A stretch of 64,000 bases of DNA. It comes from an uncultured archaeon. GTDB lineage: Archaea; Asgardarchaeota; Thorarchaeia; Thorarchaeales; Thorarchaeaceae. The first letter of the stretch is position 1. Each line of letters starts with the position of its first letter. The notes below the pieces were generated by a model. That model saw only the letters and a list, made by a program, of their open reading frames with translations. It did not search any database and had not been told where the DNA came from. The position numbers and the translations under genes are program-made. The stretch covers positions 1 to 64,000 of the forward strand of contig CAZSWP010000004.1 of the NCBI GenBank assembly GCA_964610875.1. The letters are read 5' to 3'. Shown here piece by piece: positions 1-10,823 of this stretch.

Positions 1-235
1 GGTCGGAAGACAGTCTATGTATACGACAGATATTACAGAGCTCTTGTTAAGCAGTATTTTTTCTCTTTGGTTGGTACTGTTACTCTCTACTAATGCCAGT
101 AGATAGTGCTGAAGAGTACTTTTGCAGTAAGGTCATGAAGAAATACTTCCGTGAGAGAGAAACACACCCATCCAATCCTGCAATAATCTAAATTAATCTC
201 GTCAATAGGAGCACAGCAGTCATTGGAAATAATGC

Positions 236-775
236 CTATCCAACTATAATCATATAATTGCCTATTGCCAATGCAAAATATCCCAGTACGATAGAAAATA
301 CCCCAAGAACAAGGAATCTCAGAGACCATTTGTGCTTTTCATATTTTTCTCTATTGATATCAGCAAGAGTATATATTTCTCTTAAGTAATCCTCAATAAT
401 AGAATCCTCATTCATCATGGTAACATTCGCAATATAGTCATCAATATTGGTTTCAATGATGTTCTGAAAGAAGATATTGCTTTTTAAATCCATATAGATG
501 CGTCCCTTTATCACAGATGTGGAAAATATAACTGAAATTAACAAGAATCCAAGTGCGACTACAGATGAGATATTAAGTAACAATGCTTGCAGAAGAAAGC
601 CCCTAGTCACGAGTTCGAGAAGATTAATGCTAGTGACACCAAAAATCAAGGGTAGCAGCACCGAATTTATCCCTAAAACTATGTTAGCTTTTGTATCAGC
701 TAGCTCTATTAGTTGTTGATTATGAGAAAATATTGTTTTAATATAATCAATTAGATTAGCCTTATCCGAACTCAT
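236..775 (-). CDS. Pycsar effector-like (DUF5706/PycTM-type) membrane protein
   Basis: N-terminal 'LIELADTKANIVLGIN', TM helices, 'SNIFFQNI', and 'EIYTLADINREKY' followed by a C-terminal TM; this layout matches DUF5706. Confidence 0.75.
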   Translation of the reverse strand: MSSDKANLIDYIKTIFSHNQQLIELADTKANIVLGINSVLLPLIFGVTSINLLELVTRGFLLQALLLNISSVVALGFLLISVIFSTSVIKGRIYMDLKSNIFFQNIIETNIDDYIANVTMMNEDSIIEDYLREIYTLADINREKYEKHKWSLRFLVLGVFSIVLGYFALAIGNYMIIVG

Positions 776-1192
776 CTTTGGACTCGGTTTAACGAACTAT
801 TTTCTTCCCGTATAAAAACTCATGGTTATATCTAATCCTTATCAAATTTCCATGTGAAGAATAGTATTGCAGTAAAAAAAGAATGAAACATGTTTCAGAC
901 AAGATTAGACTGCATGGATTGAACCCTCCTTTTTATTGATGAAATATAACTCCATTTATTCCACCTGACGGAAGTTTTTCTTGGCACACAATTGGGAACA
1001 TGACTACTCCTAGAGCTCGTGATAGCCTTCAAACAACTTCTCAACCTAGGACACAGACCTAGTAGCAGAGAAACTATTAACAACATCATGGTTGAAATTC
1101 ATGGAAATGGAGGGGCACTCCTGTTTTTCCACATCATCGCCCACAAACCCAGGTTTTGTAGAATATCTATCATCTTCTCTAGGCCTAGGGCA

Positions 1193-2191
1193 TCAGTCGT
1201 TCTTTTCCTTATTTGATTGCTTCATTGATTCAAAAAACTTCGATCCACCATTTGTTAAAGATACAAAACCTTCCTTCAATGCTGCGCCAATAGATGCCAG
1301 ATTTAATCCTGCTCGTAGTGATGCAGGTGCTTTTACTATACCCACATCATTCATCTCCATCAAAAGTTTCACGAATGCTCCTAAACGATAGATAGCAAAA
1401 ATTCCAACACATTTGGTGAAAGCACGACGAATTCCCTCAATCATACCTTCCTTTGGGTTCTCATATTCCTGTAATGCATGTTCTATTTCTTTGAAAGTAC
1501 AACAGAAAGTCTTTGATTCCTCATCAGGGTTATCCATGAAATGACCGGGGGCTTTCAATCCAAAGGGATTTCGAAGAAAGCCATCTATCTTCAATCTTGG
1601 CTCCTCATCTGGAATTGACCACCATGAATCAAGATGCATATCTGAAAGGGGCATCACTTCCAAACCAGAATCAATTTCTGAATCAGGAATATTTGAGGCT
1701 GGTAGAAAAGAATGCCAACCAGGAACCATCCTAAGTGCATTCCTTTTCCCATCAAGTTCTGTCAGATCAAGCTCACGGGTACAGTAGTGCACAAGATCAT
1801 AAATGGCGTATTTGCGATGCCCATCAAGAAAAACAAAGACTGGTTCATAGTCAGCTTCATGTTCAGGTACAGCTTGGTAGTCCCATACGTACAAGTACTG
1901 CAAACATTTGACTCGAGGGTTTCTTTCATCGACAACAATCCTACCAAATACATTGACAAACTCTGTATTCTCCAAAGCAGTAATTGTTGCTGCTGGAAGG
2001 TAATCTGATAAAGATTCGACGAGTTTTCTATCAGCATCTAACACACCAATAGTTGGTGGGAGATGTTCTTGTAGTAAGTCCCTATCATAGTAAGACTTGA
2101 GTCCACGACCGATATGTCTGAAGGTGTGGTCTTTGGGGCTCACAATTATCTTAATCGAATCAGTGTGTTTCTTTTCTATCAAATGAAGCAC
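1193..2191 (-). CDS. Hypothetical protein with NPP1/Vps62-like 'H-x-x-D-[WY]-E' motif
   Basis: 332-aa ORF containing 'LQYLYVWDYQAVPEHEADYEPVFVFLD'. Confidence 0.55.
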   Translation of the reverse strand: MLHLIEKKHTDSIKIIVSPKDHTFRHIGRGLKSYYDRDLLQEHLPPTIGVLDADRKLVESLSDYLPAATITALENTEFVNVFGRIVVDERNPRVKCLQYLYVWDYQAVPEHEADYEPVFVFLDGHRKYAIYDLVHYCTRELDLTELDGKRNALRMVPGWHSFLPASNIPDSEIDSGLEVMPLSDMHLDSWWSIPDEEPRLKIDGFLRNPFGLKAPGHFMDNPDEESKTFCCTFKEIEHALQEYENPKEGMIEGIRRAFTKCVGIFAIYRLGAFVKLLMEMNDVGIVKAPASLRAGLNLASIGAALKEGFVSLTNGGSKFFESMKQSNKEKND

Positions 2192-2292
2192 TACCAGAGT
2201 TATGCATTAGAATGATTTTTTCGCAAATAAGTATGCTCTGAAGATGCTCCTGAAAGAAGTTCGTCTTCAATCAGAAAACATCTATTCAGAGT

Positions 2293-2682
2293 CTATGCTG
2301 GACTGAATGCGAGATATGTATTACCTGATTCATCATGCTCATAGTCAATGATTACTGGGATACCGAGTTTCACCTCTTCAGGTTTCTCAGGGTCGAATCC
2401 CTTCAGACGACAGGTTATACGAGTATCTTCATCTAATTCCACAATTCCTATGTAATAGGGGACTTCAGCCTGAAACTCATCTGGAGCTATATGGATTACA
2501 GTGTATGAGATTAGTGTTCCTTTACCTGTGATATGTGTCCATTCCATCTCATTCCCGCCACAAGAGTAACAGACTCCGCTAGGTAGTGCATAGACAGCAC
2601 CACAACTACTACACTTGTATGCCTTGAAGCTCTCATCTTGTATATTCTGTTTCCATTGACCTATTGTTGGCTTTTCACTCAT
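2293..2682 (-). CDS. Zn-ribbon/OB-fold protein (DUF35, thiolase partner)
   Basis: CxxC..CxxC then 'GKGTLISYTVIH..PYYIGIVELDE'; overlaps the thiolase stop. Confidence 0.9.
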   Translation of the reverse strand: MSEKPTIGQWKQNIQDESFKAYKCSSCGAVYALPSGVCYSCGGNEMEWTHITGKGTLISYTVIHIAPDEFQAEVPYYIGIVELDEDTRITCRLKGFDPEKPEEVKLGIPVIIDYEHDESGNTYLAFSPA

Positions 2683-3851
2683 GCATCAGCCCTCCTCATA
2701 ATATTCACAACACATGTCGCACCAGTACCACCAAAATTATGCATGATTCCAGTGTCATGGTTGGAAACCTGATTCTTACCCGCATCACCAATTAGTTCTC
2801 TATAGACAACTACTGCCTGCTTGACCCCAGTAGCACCAACAGGGTGACCTACAGCTTTCAATCCACCCATCGGATTAATTGGTTTATCTCCATCTATCTC
2901 CGTAACGCCATCGCGTACAGCTTTCGCAGCTTCACCAGGTTTGAAGAAACCTATGTCTTCACTGGCAATTATCTCTGCTATGGTAAAGCAGTCATGCACA
3001 ACTGCGAAGTCCATGTCTTTTGGCCCAAGTCCCGCCATCTCGTATGCTTGTTTACTAGCGTTGACGGAAGAAGCAAAACTTGTCAGGTCCTTCCGGTCAC
3101 AGAGATTCATGGATGTTGAAGCCTGACCAGTACCGATGATCTTGACTGGCAAGTCTGTATACTTCTTGGCTTTCTCGTTTGATGTTAGAACTACAGCTGC
3201 TGCACCATCAGAGATAGGTGAGCAGTCAAATAACTTCAGAGGCCAAGCGATATATCTTGGAGTCATTGCCTTTTCAAGAGTGATTGGTTTCTGAAACTGT
3301 GCCAGTGGATTGGTTGCTGCGTTCTTATGAGCTTTAACAGCAACTCGTGCCATATCCTCTTCGGTTGTACCATATTCTTTCATGTGGGCAACAGCAGATA
3401 TTCCAAAGACACCAGGAAAAGTCAGACCAACACTTGATTCAAATTCATCATCCGCAGCCGCTGCAAGTGCCTCAGTGGCTTTGTTAGTTGAAACCGATGT
3501 CATCTTTTCAGCACCAGCTACTAGCACTGTATCGTATAGACCAGACTCGATGGCCATAACACCAGCACGTAACGCAGTAGCACCAGACGCACATGCGGCT
3601 TCATGTCTTGTTGCAGATAGTCCTCTCATGCCGGCAAAATCAACGAGCAATGGAGCTGTGTGACCTTGATGCACTAACATTTCTGGGATAAAAGTTCCAA
3701 TGAATGCAGCTTGGATGTCCTCTTTTGGAATGCCCGCATCCACAGTGGCTTTATCCACGGCTTCTACAAACATCTCTCGTAATGATACACCTTCCAGTGC
3801 ACCAAATTTGGTCATGCCTGCACTCACCATATTTGTTTCTTTGAGTGGCAA
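2679..3851 (-). CDS. Thiolase (SCP-x-like acetyl-CoA acetyltransferase)
   Basis: 'EAACASG', 'DCSPISDGAAA', 'HDCFTIAE', 'GHPVGATG'; probable TTG start at 3851 after a GAGGTG RBS. Confidence 0.92.
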   Translation of the reverse strand: MPLKETNMVSAGMTKFGALEGVSLREMFVEAVDKATVDAGIPKEDIQAAFIGTFIPEMLVHQGHTAPLLVDFAGMRGLSATRHEAACASGATALRAGVMAIESGLYDTVLVAGAEKMTSVSTNKATEALAAAADDEFESSVGLTFPGVFGISAVAHMKEYGTTEEDMARVAVKAHKNAATNPLAQFQKPITLEKAMTPRYIAWPLKLFDCSPISDGAAAVVLTSNEKAKKYTDLPVKIIGTGQASTSMNLCDRKDLTSFASSVNASKQAYEMAGLGPKDMDFAVVHDCFTIAEIIASEDIGFFKPGEAAKAVRDGVTEIDGDKPINPMGGLKAVGHPVGATGVKQAVVVYRELIGDAGKNQVSNHDTGIMHNFGGTGATCVVNIMRRADA

Positions 3852-4028
3852 GTTTGCTGTACACCTCTTCAATGATAAGTGGCGACGTGGAATAGAGCTA
3901 TAAAAAGATAATCTCTGGATACTGCAAATTTCAAATTTCGACACTTTCAAGTAAAAACTATAGTAAACCTCTCTCTCCGAAGCTGTTAAAGGGGAGTAAA
4001 TCTGGAAAGTTGTCAGAGTTGACAAACA

Positions 4029-5231
4029 ATGGACTTCTCATTATCTGAAAAGGATAAGAAACTCCAAGAACGAGCAGAAGCGTTCACAAAGGAGCATATC
4101 ACTCCAAAGGCAATGGAACTTGAGAAACGGAACGAATTCCCAAAGGAAGTTGTTCAAAAGGCTTATGAAGCAGGTCTCATGAATCTCCACATTCCTAAGG
4201 AGGCAGGAGGACCGGGGTTATCCTTGCTATCAGAGACCCTTGTTTCAGAAGCAACAGGATATGGTTGTGCAGGAGTTGCCACTTCGATCATGTGCAATAA
4301 TCTTTCGTTTGCACCACTAGTAATTGCAGCTACTGTTGAACAACTGAAAGAATATGTTCAACCACTCATCACGGGAAAGGATGCAAAATTTGGAGCATTC
4401 TGTCTTACTGAGAGGAAAGCTGGTTCAGATGCAGCTGCAGTTTCGACAAGAGCTGAGAGAGATGGTGATGAATACGTAATCAACGGTGTCAAGTGCTTTG
4501 CTACAAATGGACCTCAGGCTTCATTATTCACAGTATTTGCATCTACACAGCCTGAACTGAAGCACAAAGGACTATCTGTATTTATGGTACCAAAGGGCAA
4601 GGGAGTGAAGATCGGACATATTGAAAATAAAATGGGCCAACTGAATTGTGTTCAGAGTGAAGTCATTTTTGAAGATGTACGAGTGCCTAAAGAAACCCTA
4701 GTTGGTAAAGAAGGAGAAGGCTTCAAAATAGCTATGATGACCCTCGACAAGACACGTGCAGGAATTGCAGCAATTGCTACTGGAGTGGCACAAAGAGCTT
4801 TGGATGAAGCCGCACGGTTTGCTAATGTTCGTCATCAATTTGGACAAGCAATTGGTAAGTTCCAATCTATAGGTTTCATGCTTGCTGAGATGGGAGCAAG
4901 AACTTCAGCATCCAGACATCTCACCAGATATGCAGCTTGGTTGGCAGATCATGGTCACAAGAATTCTAAGGATTCAGCCTTTGCAAAGTTTTATGCATCA
5001 GATGCCGCCATGACAAATGCGACTGATGCGGTCCAGATAATGGGCGGTTACGGTTATCTATCAGAGTATCCAGCAGAGAAACTCATGCGTGATGCAAAAC
5101 TACTGCAAATATATGAAGGTACGAATCAAGTCCAACGTTTGGTTGCAAGTGGAGTCATCCTGAAAGAAAGTGTCAATTTGGACACTGGTTTTCATGTCAA
5201 ATACGATGGACAAGATGCGCCCATAATCTAA
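4029..5231 (+). CDS. Acyl-CoA dehydrogenase
   Basis: 'FCLTE..AGSD', 'R.QFG..IG.FQ', 'IYEGTNQVQR'. Confidence 0.95.
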   Translation: MDFSLSEKDKKLQERAEAFTKEHITPKAMELEKRNEFPKEVVQKAYEAGLMNLHIPKEAGGPGLSLLSETLVSEATGYGCAGVATSIMCNNLSFAPLVIAATVEQLKEYVQPLITGKDAKFGAFCLTERKAGSDAAAVSTRAERDGDEYVINGVKCFATNGPQASLFTVFASTQPELKHKGLSVFMVPKGKGVKIGHIENKMGQLNCVQSEVIFEDVRVPKETLVGKEGEGFKIAMMTLDKTRAGIAAIATGVAQRALDEAARFANVRHQFGQAIGKFQSIGFMLAEMGARTSASRHLTRYAAWLADHGHKNSKDSAFAKFYASDAAMTNATDAVQIMGGYGYLSEYPAEKLMRDAKLLQIYEGTNQVQRLVASGVILKESVNLDTGFHVKYDGQDAPII

Positions 5232-5242
5232 ACCTCGACATC

Positions 5243-5268
5243 GGGAGTGATTCATGAGAATCACTTCC
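5243..5268 (+). terminator. Stem-loop after acyl-CoA dehydrogenase
   Basis: GGGAGTGATTC-atga-GAATCACTTCC followed by a pyrimidine-rich tract. Confidence 0.5.
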
Positions 5269-5357
5269 TCAAACTTATTCCTCTCTTTTTCAGAATGGTT
5301 ACTTACTTAAGGGCTAATTATTTTCCGTCGAGTCAACATTGGCTGGAGAACGTAACA

Positions 5358-6110
5358 TTGCAAGACAATGAAATAATCCATGCAATCAAAAATCGTCGAG
5401 CAATCAGAGATTACATCACTGAGAGAGATGTACCTGACGAACTGATCTACAAAATTATCGAAGCTGGAGGATTTGCTCCAAGTGCTGAGAATCAACAACC
5501 ATGGAGAGTAATCGTTGTACGAAACAAAGAACTCCAGGAATTCATCGGACAAATTGCTGTTGACAGAACTATCCAGCTATTTGGCAGAGCAACTCCCAGA
5601 GAAGAGTTGGAGCGACGACTGAGCTATATTCAATCAAAAGCTAGTTTGGAAAGAACTATAGATTTCGTGATAACTGGTGGACGTTTTGAATATATCAAAG
5701 GAAAACCTGAAACATTTGGAGCGCCAGTATTGCTAGTACTGGCTGTTGACCAAACCCATGTTGGAAATTCACAGGCTACCCTTCGCGGCACAGGTGGTGT
5801 ATATGGCTGGTCCTCTTCGAGGCATGCAATTATTGCAGGTTCAATGATGCTGCAAAACATGACTCTTGCAGCTGCATCACTAGGTTTAGGTTCGTGTGTA
5901 TCATCAGTACAACTGGACCATTTTGATGATGTGGGTGCCATAGCAGAGAAGCTAGAGATTCCATATCCACACTGGGTGCCAATTCTTTGCCTTACAATAG
6001 GCTATCCAAAATATGAAAGAACATTGGGTCCACCTCGACAACCTCCAGAAGAGGTTGCATTCCTGAACAAATGGGGAACCCCGTTCGAACCAAAGGAGGG
6101 AAGCAAATGA
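5358..6110 (+). CDS. Nitroreductase family protein
   Basis: 'RRAIRDY', 'APSAENQQPW', 'QNMTLAAASLGLGSC'; probable TTG start after GGAG. Confidence 0.9.
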   Translation: MQDNEIIHAIKNRRAIRDYITERDVPDELIYKIIEAGGFAPSAENQQPWRVIVVRNKELQEFIGQIAVDRTIQLFGRATPREELERRLSYIQSKASLERTIDFVITGGRFEYIKGKPETFGAPVLLVLAVDQTHVGNSQATLRGTGGVYGWSSSRHAIIAGSMMLQNMTLAAASLGLGSCVSSVQLDHFDDVGAIAEKLEIPYPHWVPILCLTIGYPKYERTLGPPRQPPEEVAFLNKWGTPFEPKEGSK

Positions 6111-6655
6111 GCAATCTTGAACTTCTACGAACCAGTATGGTTGCTTTGTTAGATGGAATGTGGTGGGGACTACGAGACAATGTAGGCCCACTATCAATGT
6201 ACGAGGGATATGAGCGAGGGTTCAAACAGATTGGTGAAGAGGCAGCAGAGAAGATAGGAGAAAAAGGACCAAAAGCGGCTGCAAAGACAGCCCATGAGAT
6301 TTTTACCGCTATTGGTCTTAAAACAGAGTTAGATGGTGCAGAAATTACAGTTCATAGGTGTCCAATTTGGGACAGAATTCTTGAACGCGGTCTCGAATAT
6401 GCATTTCATGTGGAAAAGATCTGTTGGAAGCCCATGCTACTTGGTATTGGAGAGAAATTAGGGGCACATCCGGAGATGGAAACTTCTCTTCGACTCAATT
6501 TTGTGAGTAAAGCAAAGCTTGAATATAAGATTGAGAAAGCTAAGAAAAACCTAGAGAAGGACCGACTCACAAAAGAAGATTATGATGCAAAGATAAAGAA
6601 ATATGAAGAAGGACTCGCAGAAATCCAAAATGTCGGTAAGTACAAATTTACATAG
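6107..6655 (+). CDS. Hypothetical protein (possible V4R/DUF6125-like ligand-binding fold)
   Basis: ATGA overlap with the nitroreductase; 'HRCPIW..IC' cysteine pattern. Confidence 0.6.
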   Translation: MSNLELLRTSMVALLDGMWWGLRDNVGPLSMYEGYERGFKQIGEEAAEKIGEKGPKAAAKTAHEIFTAIGLKTELDGAEITVHRCPIWDRILERGLEYAFHVEKICWKPMLLGIGEKLGAHPEMETSLRLNFVSKAKLEYKIEKAKKNLEKDRLTKEDYDAKIKKYEEGLAEIQNVGKYKFT

Positions 6656-6703
6656 CGAATTTGCATACTGTAGAATCGTCTTCCTATCATAGGAGAGCTT
6701 GAT

Positions 6704-7969
6704 ATGGAATCTCTGGAGAAAGCTGGACTTGCTGTGAACTACAACAAGAGAGCAGAAACTCTAACAGACTGTCTTCCAAAAGAAGTCTTCATCTGGGATG
6801 AAACACTGCGCGATGGAGAGCAAACACCAGGTGTGGCACTCGCAATCGATGAGAAAATCGAGATAGCGAAAAAGCTTGATGAAATCGGTGTTTCAATTGT
6901 AGCAGTAGGATTTCCAGCGGTATCTGAAGGAGAACTAAGAGCTGTTTCTGCTATCGCAAGCGAGGGTCTTCAGAAAGCTTCGGTCGCAGCTCCAGCCAGA
7001 GCCGTTATTTCAGATATTGATGCATGCATTGATGCCGGAGTATCAGAAGTCCCTATATTCATAGCAACATCTGATTTCAGACTAAAATATCAGCTTCAGA
7101 TGACAAGAGAAGAGATGTTGGATCGATTGGCTACATGTATTGAATATGGGAAAGAACACGGCTTGATCATTGACTATATTGCAGAAGACTCTACAAGAAG
7201 TGATCTCGATTTTCTATGTCAAGCATACAAGACTGCTATTGATGCAGGTGCAGATAGAATTTGTTTGGCGGATACAGTAGGTTTTGTTAGACCCGCAGTG
7301 ATGAAGTATCTGATGCGTGGTATCAAAGAACGTCTCTGGTCGGAATCCAAATACAAAGTCCCAATTGCAGTTCATTGTCACGATGATTTTGGACTAGCCA
7401 ATGCGAACACCGTAGCGGCAATTGAGGAAGGAGCAACATATCCCCATGTTTGTGTCAATGGTTATGGAGAACGAGCTGGTAATGCAGCTCTTGAAGAAGT
7501 CGTTATGACTCTCGAGGAACTCTATGGAATCAAAACAGGTATCGAATCAGAGAAATTATACTCATTGAGTAAACTGGTTGAACGCCATTTCATGATACCT
7601 CTCCCGCTTCACAAAGCAATTTCAGGAGACAATGCCTTCACTCACTCAAGTGGAATTCATTCGCACGGACAACTCACACATTCCATGACCTATGAACCAA
7701 TTAGTCCTCTTGAAGTAGGAAGACGGAGAGAGTTCCATCTTGGAAAATTCGTGGGCAGGCATTTTGTTGAATACCTCTTGAAAATGGGAGGAATAGAAGC
7801 AACTGAAGCAGAAGCGCGAGAAATAACTGAAAGAGTAAAGAAGACTCATGAGGATCTCAAGCGAGTCCAATCCAAAGACTCCTTCGATACAATAAAGAAG
7901 GACCTAAGAGCCCTCAGGACAGGTGTATCGGAACGAGAATTCTGGGCTATTGTGTTTGATGTGATTTGA
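6704..7969 (+). CDS. Homocitrate/isopropylmalate synthase family (DRE-TIM) enzyme
   Basis: 'DETLRDGEQ', 'HCHDDFG', 'GERAGNA'; no LeuA regulatory domain evident. Confidence 0.92.
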   Translation: MESLEKAGLAVNYNKRAETLTDCLPKEVFIWDETLRDGEQTPGVALAIDEKIEIAKKLDEIGVSIVAVGFPAVSEGELRAVSAIASEGLQKASVAAPARAVISDIDACIDAGVSEVPIFIATSDFRLKYQLQMTREEMLDRLATCIEYGKEHGLIIDYIAEDSTRSDLDFLCQAYKTAIDAGADRICLADTVGFVRPAVMKYLMRGIKERLWSESKYKVPIAVHCHDDFGLANANTVAAIEEGATYPHVCVNGYGERAGNAALEEVVMTLEELYGIKTGIESEKLYSLSKLVERHFMIPLPLHKAISGDNAFTHSSGIHSHGQLTHSMTYEPISPLEVGRRREFHLGKFVGRHFVEYLLKMGGIEATEAEAREITERVKKTHEDLKRVQSKDSFDTIKKDLRALRTGVSEREFWAIVFDVI

Positions 7970-7970
7970 T

Positions 7971-8750
7971 TCAGGATTCCTTTTCAAGATCTTTTTTTAA
8001 GTTCCTCCTGAAAAGTAGTCCTACATCCATAATAAGAATACCAATCAGAAAGATGATACCAAAGATTCCTAGAATCGTTAGGTCTGTTAGCCATTGAACA
8101 AGGAAGATATAGCTTAGAACTTGGACAATCAAGAATACTGTCGCAATCACCAAATCAAGATATATTCCGATTTTGAAAATATTGGTTGCACGAAGTGAAC
8201 GCGAAGTTATTTCACCGAGTTCGTCTGTTTCAATTCCTTTTGTGTGAACAAATGCACCTTTCTTAGTCAAATCGCTCACGAGTAAATCAATGTCAATATT
8301 TTGGACTTTGTCTGCATCAAATTCAATGAAAGTACCCCTAATGAATTTTAGTGCACCGCCACCACTGAAAATTGCCAGAACAGCAAACACAATTGAGTAA
8401 ACAACTAGCTGCCAAAATGCGAATAATGCAAGAACAATGGCCATAGCAAGAAACATGAGAACTATCTCAATAACACCACCAGCACTCTCAACTCCACCTT
8501 CAAAGAGGAAACCGAGTCGACGCATAGCACTAACATTCACCCACGTTTCATATACATGAGGTTCGGCTTGAGAATCAAGTTGTTCATCTATCACACTCTT
8601 GACTTCCTGCTTTTTCGTTCCATAAACCGAGATTTCAATAACAGGTTTCTCGATGTTTTCTTTTCCTGATTCTTCAGAATTTGTATATGGCATGTCCATG
8701 TTACCTCCCAACCTTTCTAGTAGAAGATGCATTTGTATATAAGATTTCAT
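7971..8750 (-). CDS. Hypothetical membrane protein (start possibly at 8699)
   Basis: About 4 hydrophobic segments. Confidence 0.65.
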   Translation of the reverse strand: MKSYIQMHLLLERLGGNMDMPYTNSEESGKENIEKPVIEISVYGTKKQEVKSVIDEQLDSQAEPHVYETWVNVSAMRRLGFLFEGGVESAGGVIEIVLMFLAMAIVLALFAFWQLVVYSIVFAVLAIFSGGGALKFIRGTFIEFDADKVQNIDIDLLVSDLTKKGAFVHTKGIETDELGEITSRSLRATNIFKIGIYLDLVIATVFLIVQVLSYIFLVQWLTDLTILGIFGIIFLIGILIMDVGLLFRRNLKKDLEKES

Positions 8751-8805
8751 TATCCCACTTTCCTAAGACAAAAGGTATTTCCGCATATCCTAGTAGTGAA
8801 GAGTC

Positions 8806-9516
8806 ATGTCAGATGTGTTTGGAGAGATATTCAAAGATGCTCTAAAGGGAGGAGAAGCTCTACATATTCTTGAACGAGATGATGGTTATCTCCAAGAGGA
8901 TTCGGGGGCGTCTTACTTCGTCGAATTGGAAAATTGGGAGGAATCTGAAAGACTGGCTATTCACAGAGCAATGGGTCCGGTTCTTGATGTGGGATGTGGA
9001 GCAGGAAGAGTTGGGCTATATTTGAAAGAGGAGGACATAGAATATCACGGAATTGATTCATCCAAAGGAGCTATTGAAGTATGCAAAGCACGAGGGCTTA
9101 TGAATGTCTATGAAATGTCAGTGGAACATCTAGATTTTGATGATGGTTATTTCAAGACCATTATACTATATGGAAACAACTTTGGTCTTATGGGCAAACC
9201 TGAAGGAGTTGTTAAGATGCTAGAAAATCTGCACAAGGTAACATCTGATGATGCAATAATTCTTGCGGGTAGTAGAGACCCACAAATCACAGATAATCTA
9301 GAGCATCTGACATATCATAAGAGGAACATAAACGCCGGTAGACCTCCCGGGTTTGTGAAACTCAGAATGAAGTACAAGGATCATATTTCAGATTGGTGGT
9401 ATTTACTATTAGCGAATCAGAAGTTAATGGATGAGCTTGCTCAGAGAGCTGGGTGGAAGTTGTGTGAAACATTTGGCCCAGATAACTACTATGTAGGTCT
9501 AGTGAAAAAGATGTGA
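8806..9516 (+). CDS. Class I SAM-dependent methyltransferase
   Basis: 'VLDVGCGAGR', 'GIDSS', 'GNNFG'. Confidence 0.9.
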   Translation: MSDVFGEIFKDALKGGEALHILERDDGYLQEDSGASYFVELENWEESERLAIHRAMGPVLDVGCGAGRVGLYLKEEDIEYHGIDSSKGAIEVCKARGLMNVYEMSVEHLDFDDGYFKTIILYGNNFGLMGKPEGVVKMLENLHKVTSDDAIILAGSRDPQITDNLEHLTYHKRNINAGRPPGFVKLRMKYKDHISDWWYLLLANQKLMDELAQRAGWKLCETFGPDNYYVGLVKKM

Positions 9517-10052
9517 TAACAATGGCAATTTATGCATTAGGTGATAAGAAACCGAAGATTGACGAAACTGCGTATGTCCATCCCCAAGCATCAATCATAG
9601 GGGATGTAACTATTGGAAAAAGAGTATTTGTGGCACCAATGGTGTCAATCAGAGGAGACAGAGGACCAATAGTCATTGGTGATGAAACCAATTTTCAAGA
9701 TGGAACAGTTGTGCATTCAACGAATACGTATACAACCACTATAGGAAATAGAGTAAACATTGGTCACAATGCAACCATCCACGCAAAGACGGTTGGTGAT
9801 AATGCAGCAATAGGGATGGGAGCTGTACTCATGGTAGGATCAGTGGTTGCCGAACATGCACTCATCGCGAATGGTGCGTTATTAACCGCTAAGACTGTGA
9901 CTGAACCAAATAACATCTATGCAGGAGTGCCTGCTAAAATGCTGCGAGAAATGATGGAAGATGACCCAGCACGTAATACTATTGACATCTATCTTGATTC
10001 ATACATCAGGAATGCGGTAATCTATCCGAAAGAGCTTCAGCGATTAGATTAG
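9513..10052 (+). CDS. Gamma-carbonic anhydrase family (PaaY/YrdA-like)
   Basis: Hexapeptide repeats; 'IRGD', 'NFQDG..VH', 'IGHNATIH'. Confidence 0.9.
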   Translation: MITMAIYALGDKKPKIDETAYVHPQASIIGDVTIGKRVFVAPMVSIRGDRGPIVIGDETNFQDGTVVHSTNTYTTTIGNRVNIGHNATIHAKTVGDNAAIGMGAVLMVGSVVAEHALIANGALLTAKTVTEPNNIYAGVPAKMLREMMEDDPARNTIDIYLDSYIRNAVIYPKELQRLD

Positions 10053-10068
10053 AAATGGTAAGATTACA

Positions 10069-10794
10069 TCAAGGTTCAGATTCTTTCAGCTTGGTCTTTA
10101 CATAGGATAGAGCAACATAACCCAGTTCATCCAATAATTCCGGATCTTCTCTATTCTCATAAAATGCACTATCAAGTGGGTTTGCATGCAATTCGATATC
10201 CAGTATCTTGGACATTGTTGGATCTATTCCTACAACTAGCGAAGTTCTTAGAATTCTAAATCTTGAGAGATAGGATAAGACATGAGAAATTGGTACAACA
10301 ATTACTTGGAATAGGATTGCAATCATAGCTACATATTCAGCCAACTCAGGGTTACTACTTCCACCAGTGAATGTGACGAAATACAGGAGAATAAAGATGA
10401 TACCTAATCCCATGAGAGCATCAAAAACAGACCTCCATGAAACACCACTCTTTTCAAATGTGAGAATTAGATTATCTTCATTTTCTTTGATTGTGACACG
10501 CTTGGCATCAATATGTATCATAACGAAAACTGATAGCGAATATACAATGCATAACACTAAGATTACATCAAGTGAAAAACCAGACCTAAGAACCCATAAA
10601 ATGAAGAGAATAGTAGCAAGCACCCAAGCCATATATTTCCTTTTTTTTTCCTCAGATGTGAAGAAGATTTCAGCATATTTCCTTGCAACTAGTACTTTTT
10701 CTTCTGTATGCTCTTCCTCTGTATTGACAGAGGTTTCTGGTTCTGTCATATCTTCTTCTAGGAAAAGTTTCTCTATTTGACTCTGACGGCACAC
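10069..10794 (-). CDS. Hypothetical membrane protein
   Basis: 4 hydrophobic helices; start probably at the internal MTEPE. Confidence 0.65.
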   Translation of the reverse strand: MCRQSQIEKLFLEEDMTEPETSVNTEEEHTEEKVLVARKYAEIFFTSEEKKRKYMAWVLATILFILWVLRSGFSLDVILVLCIVYSLSVFVMIHIDAKRVTIKENEDNLILTFEKSGVSWRSVFDALMGLGIIFILLYFVTFTGGSSNPELAEYVAMIAILFQVIVVPISHVLSYLSRFRILRTSLVVGIDPTMSKILDIELHANPLDSAFYENREDPELLDELGYVALSYVKTKLKESEP

Positions 10795-10823
10795 TTTTAG
10801 CCAAGAACATCCGTATTGCTGTT

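Noticed and set aside
805-836. dif-like site (TTATATCTAA half-site)
   Set aside because: Spacer to the possible left arm is about 10 bp rather than 6, and the left arm matches poorly
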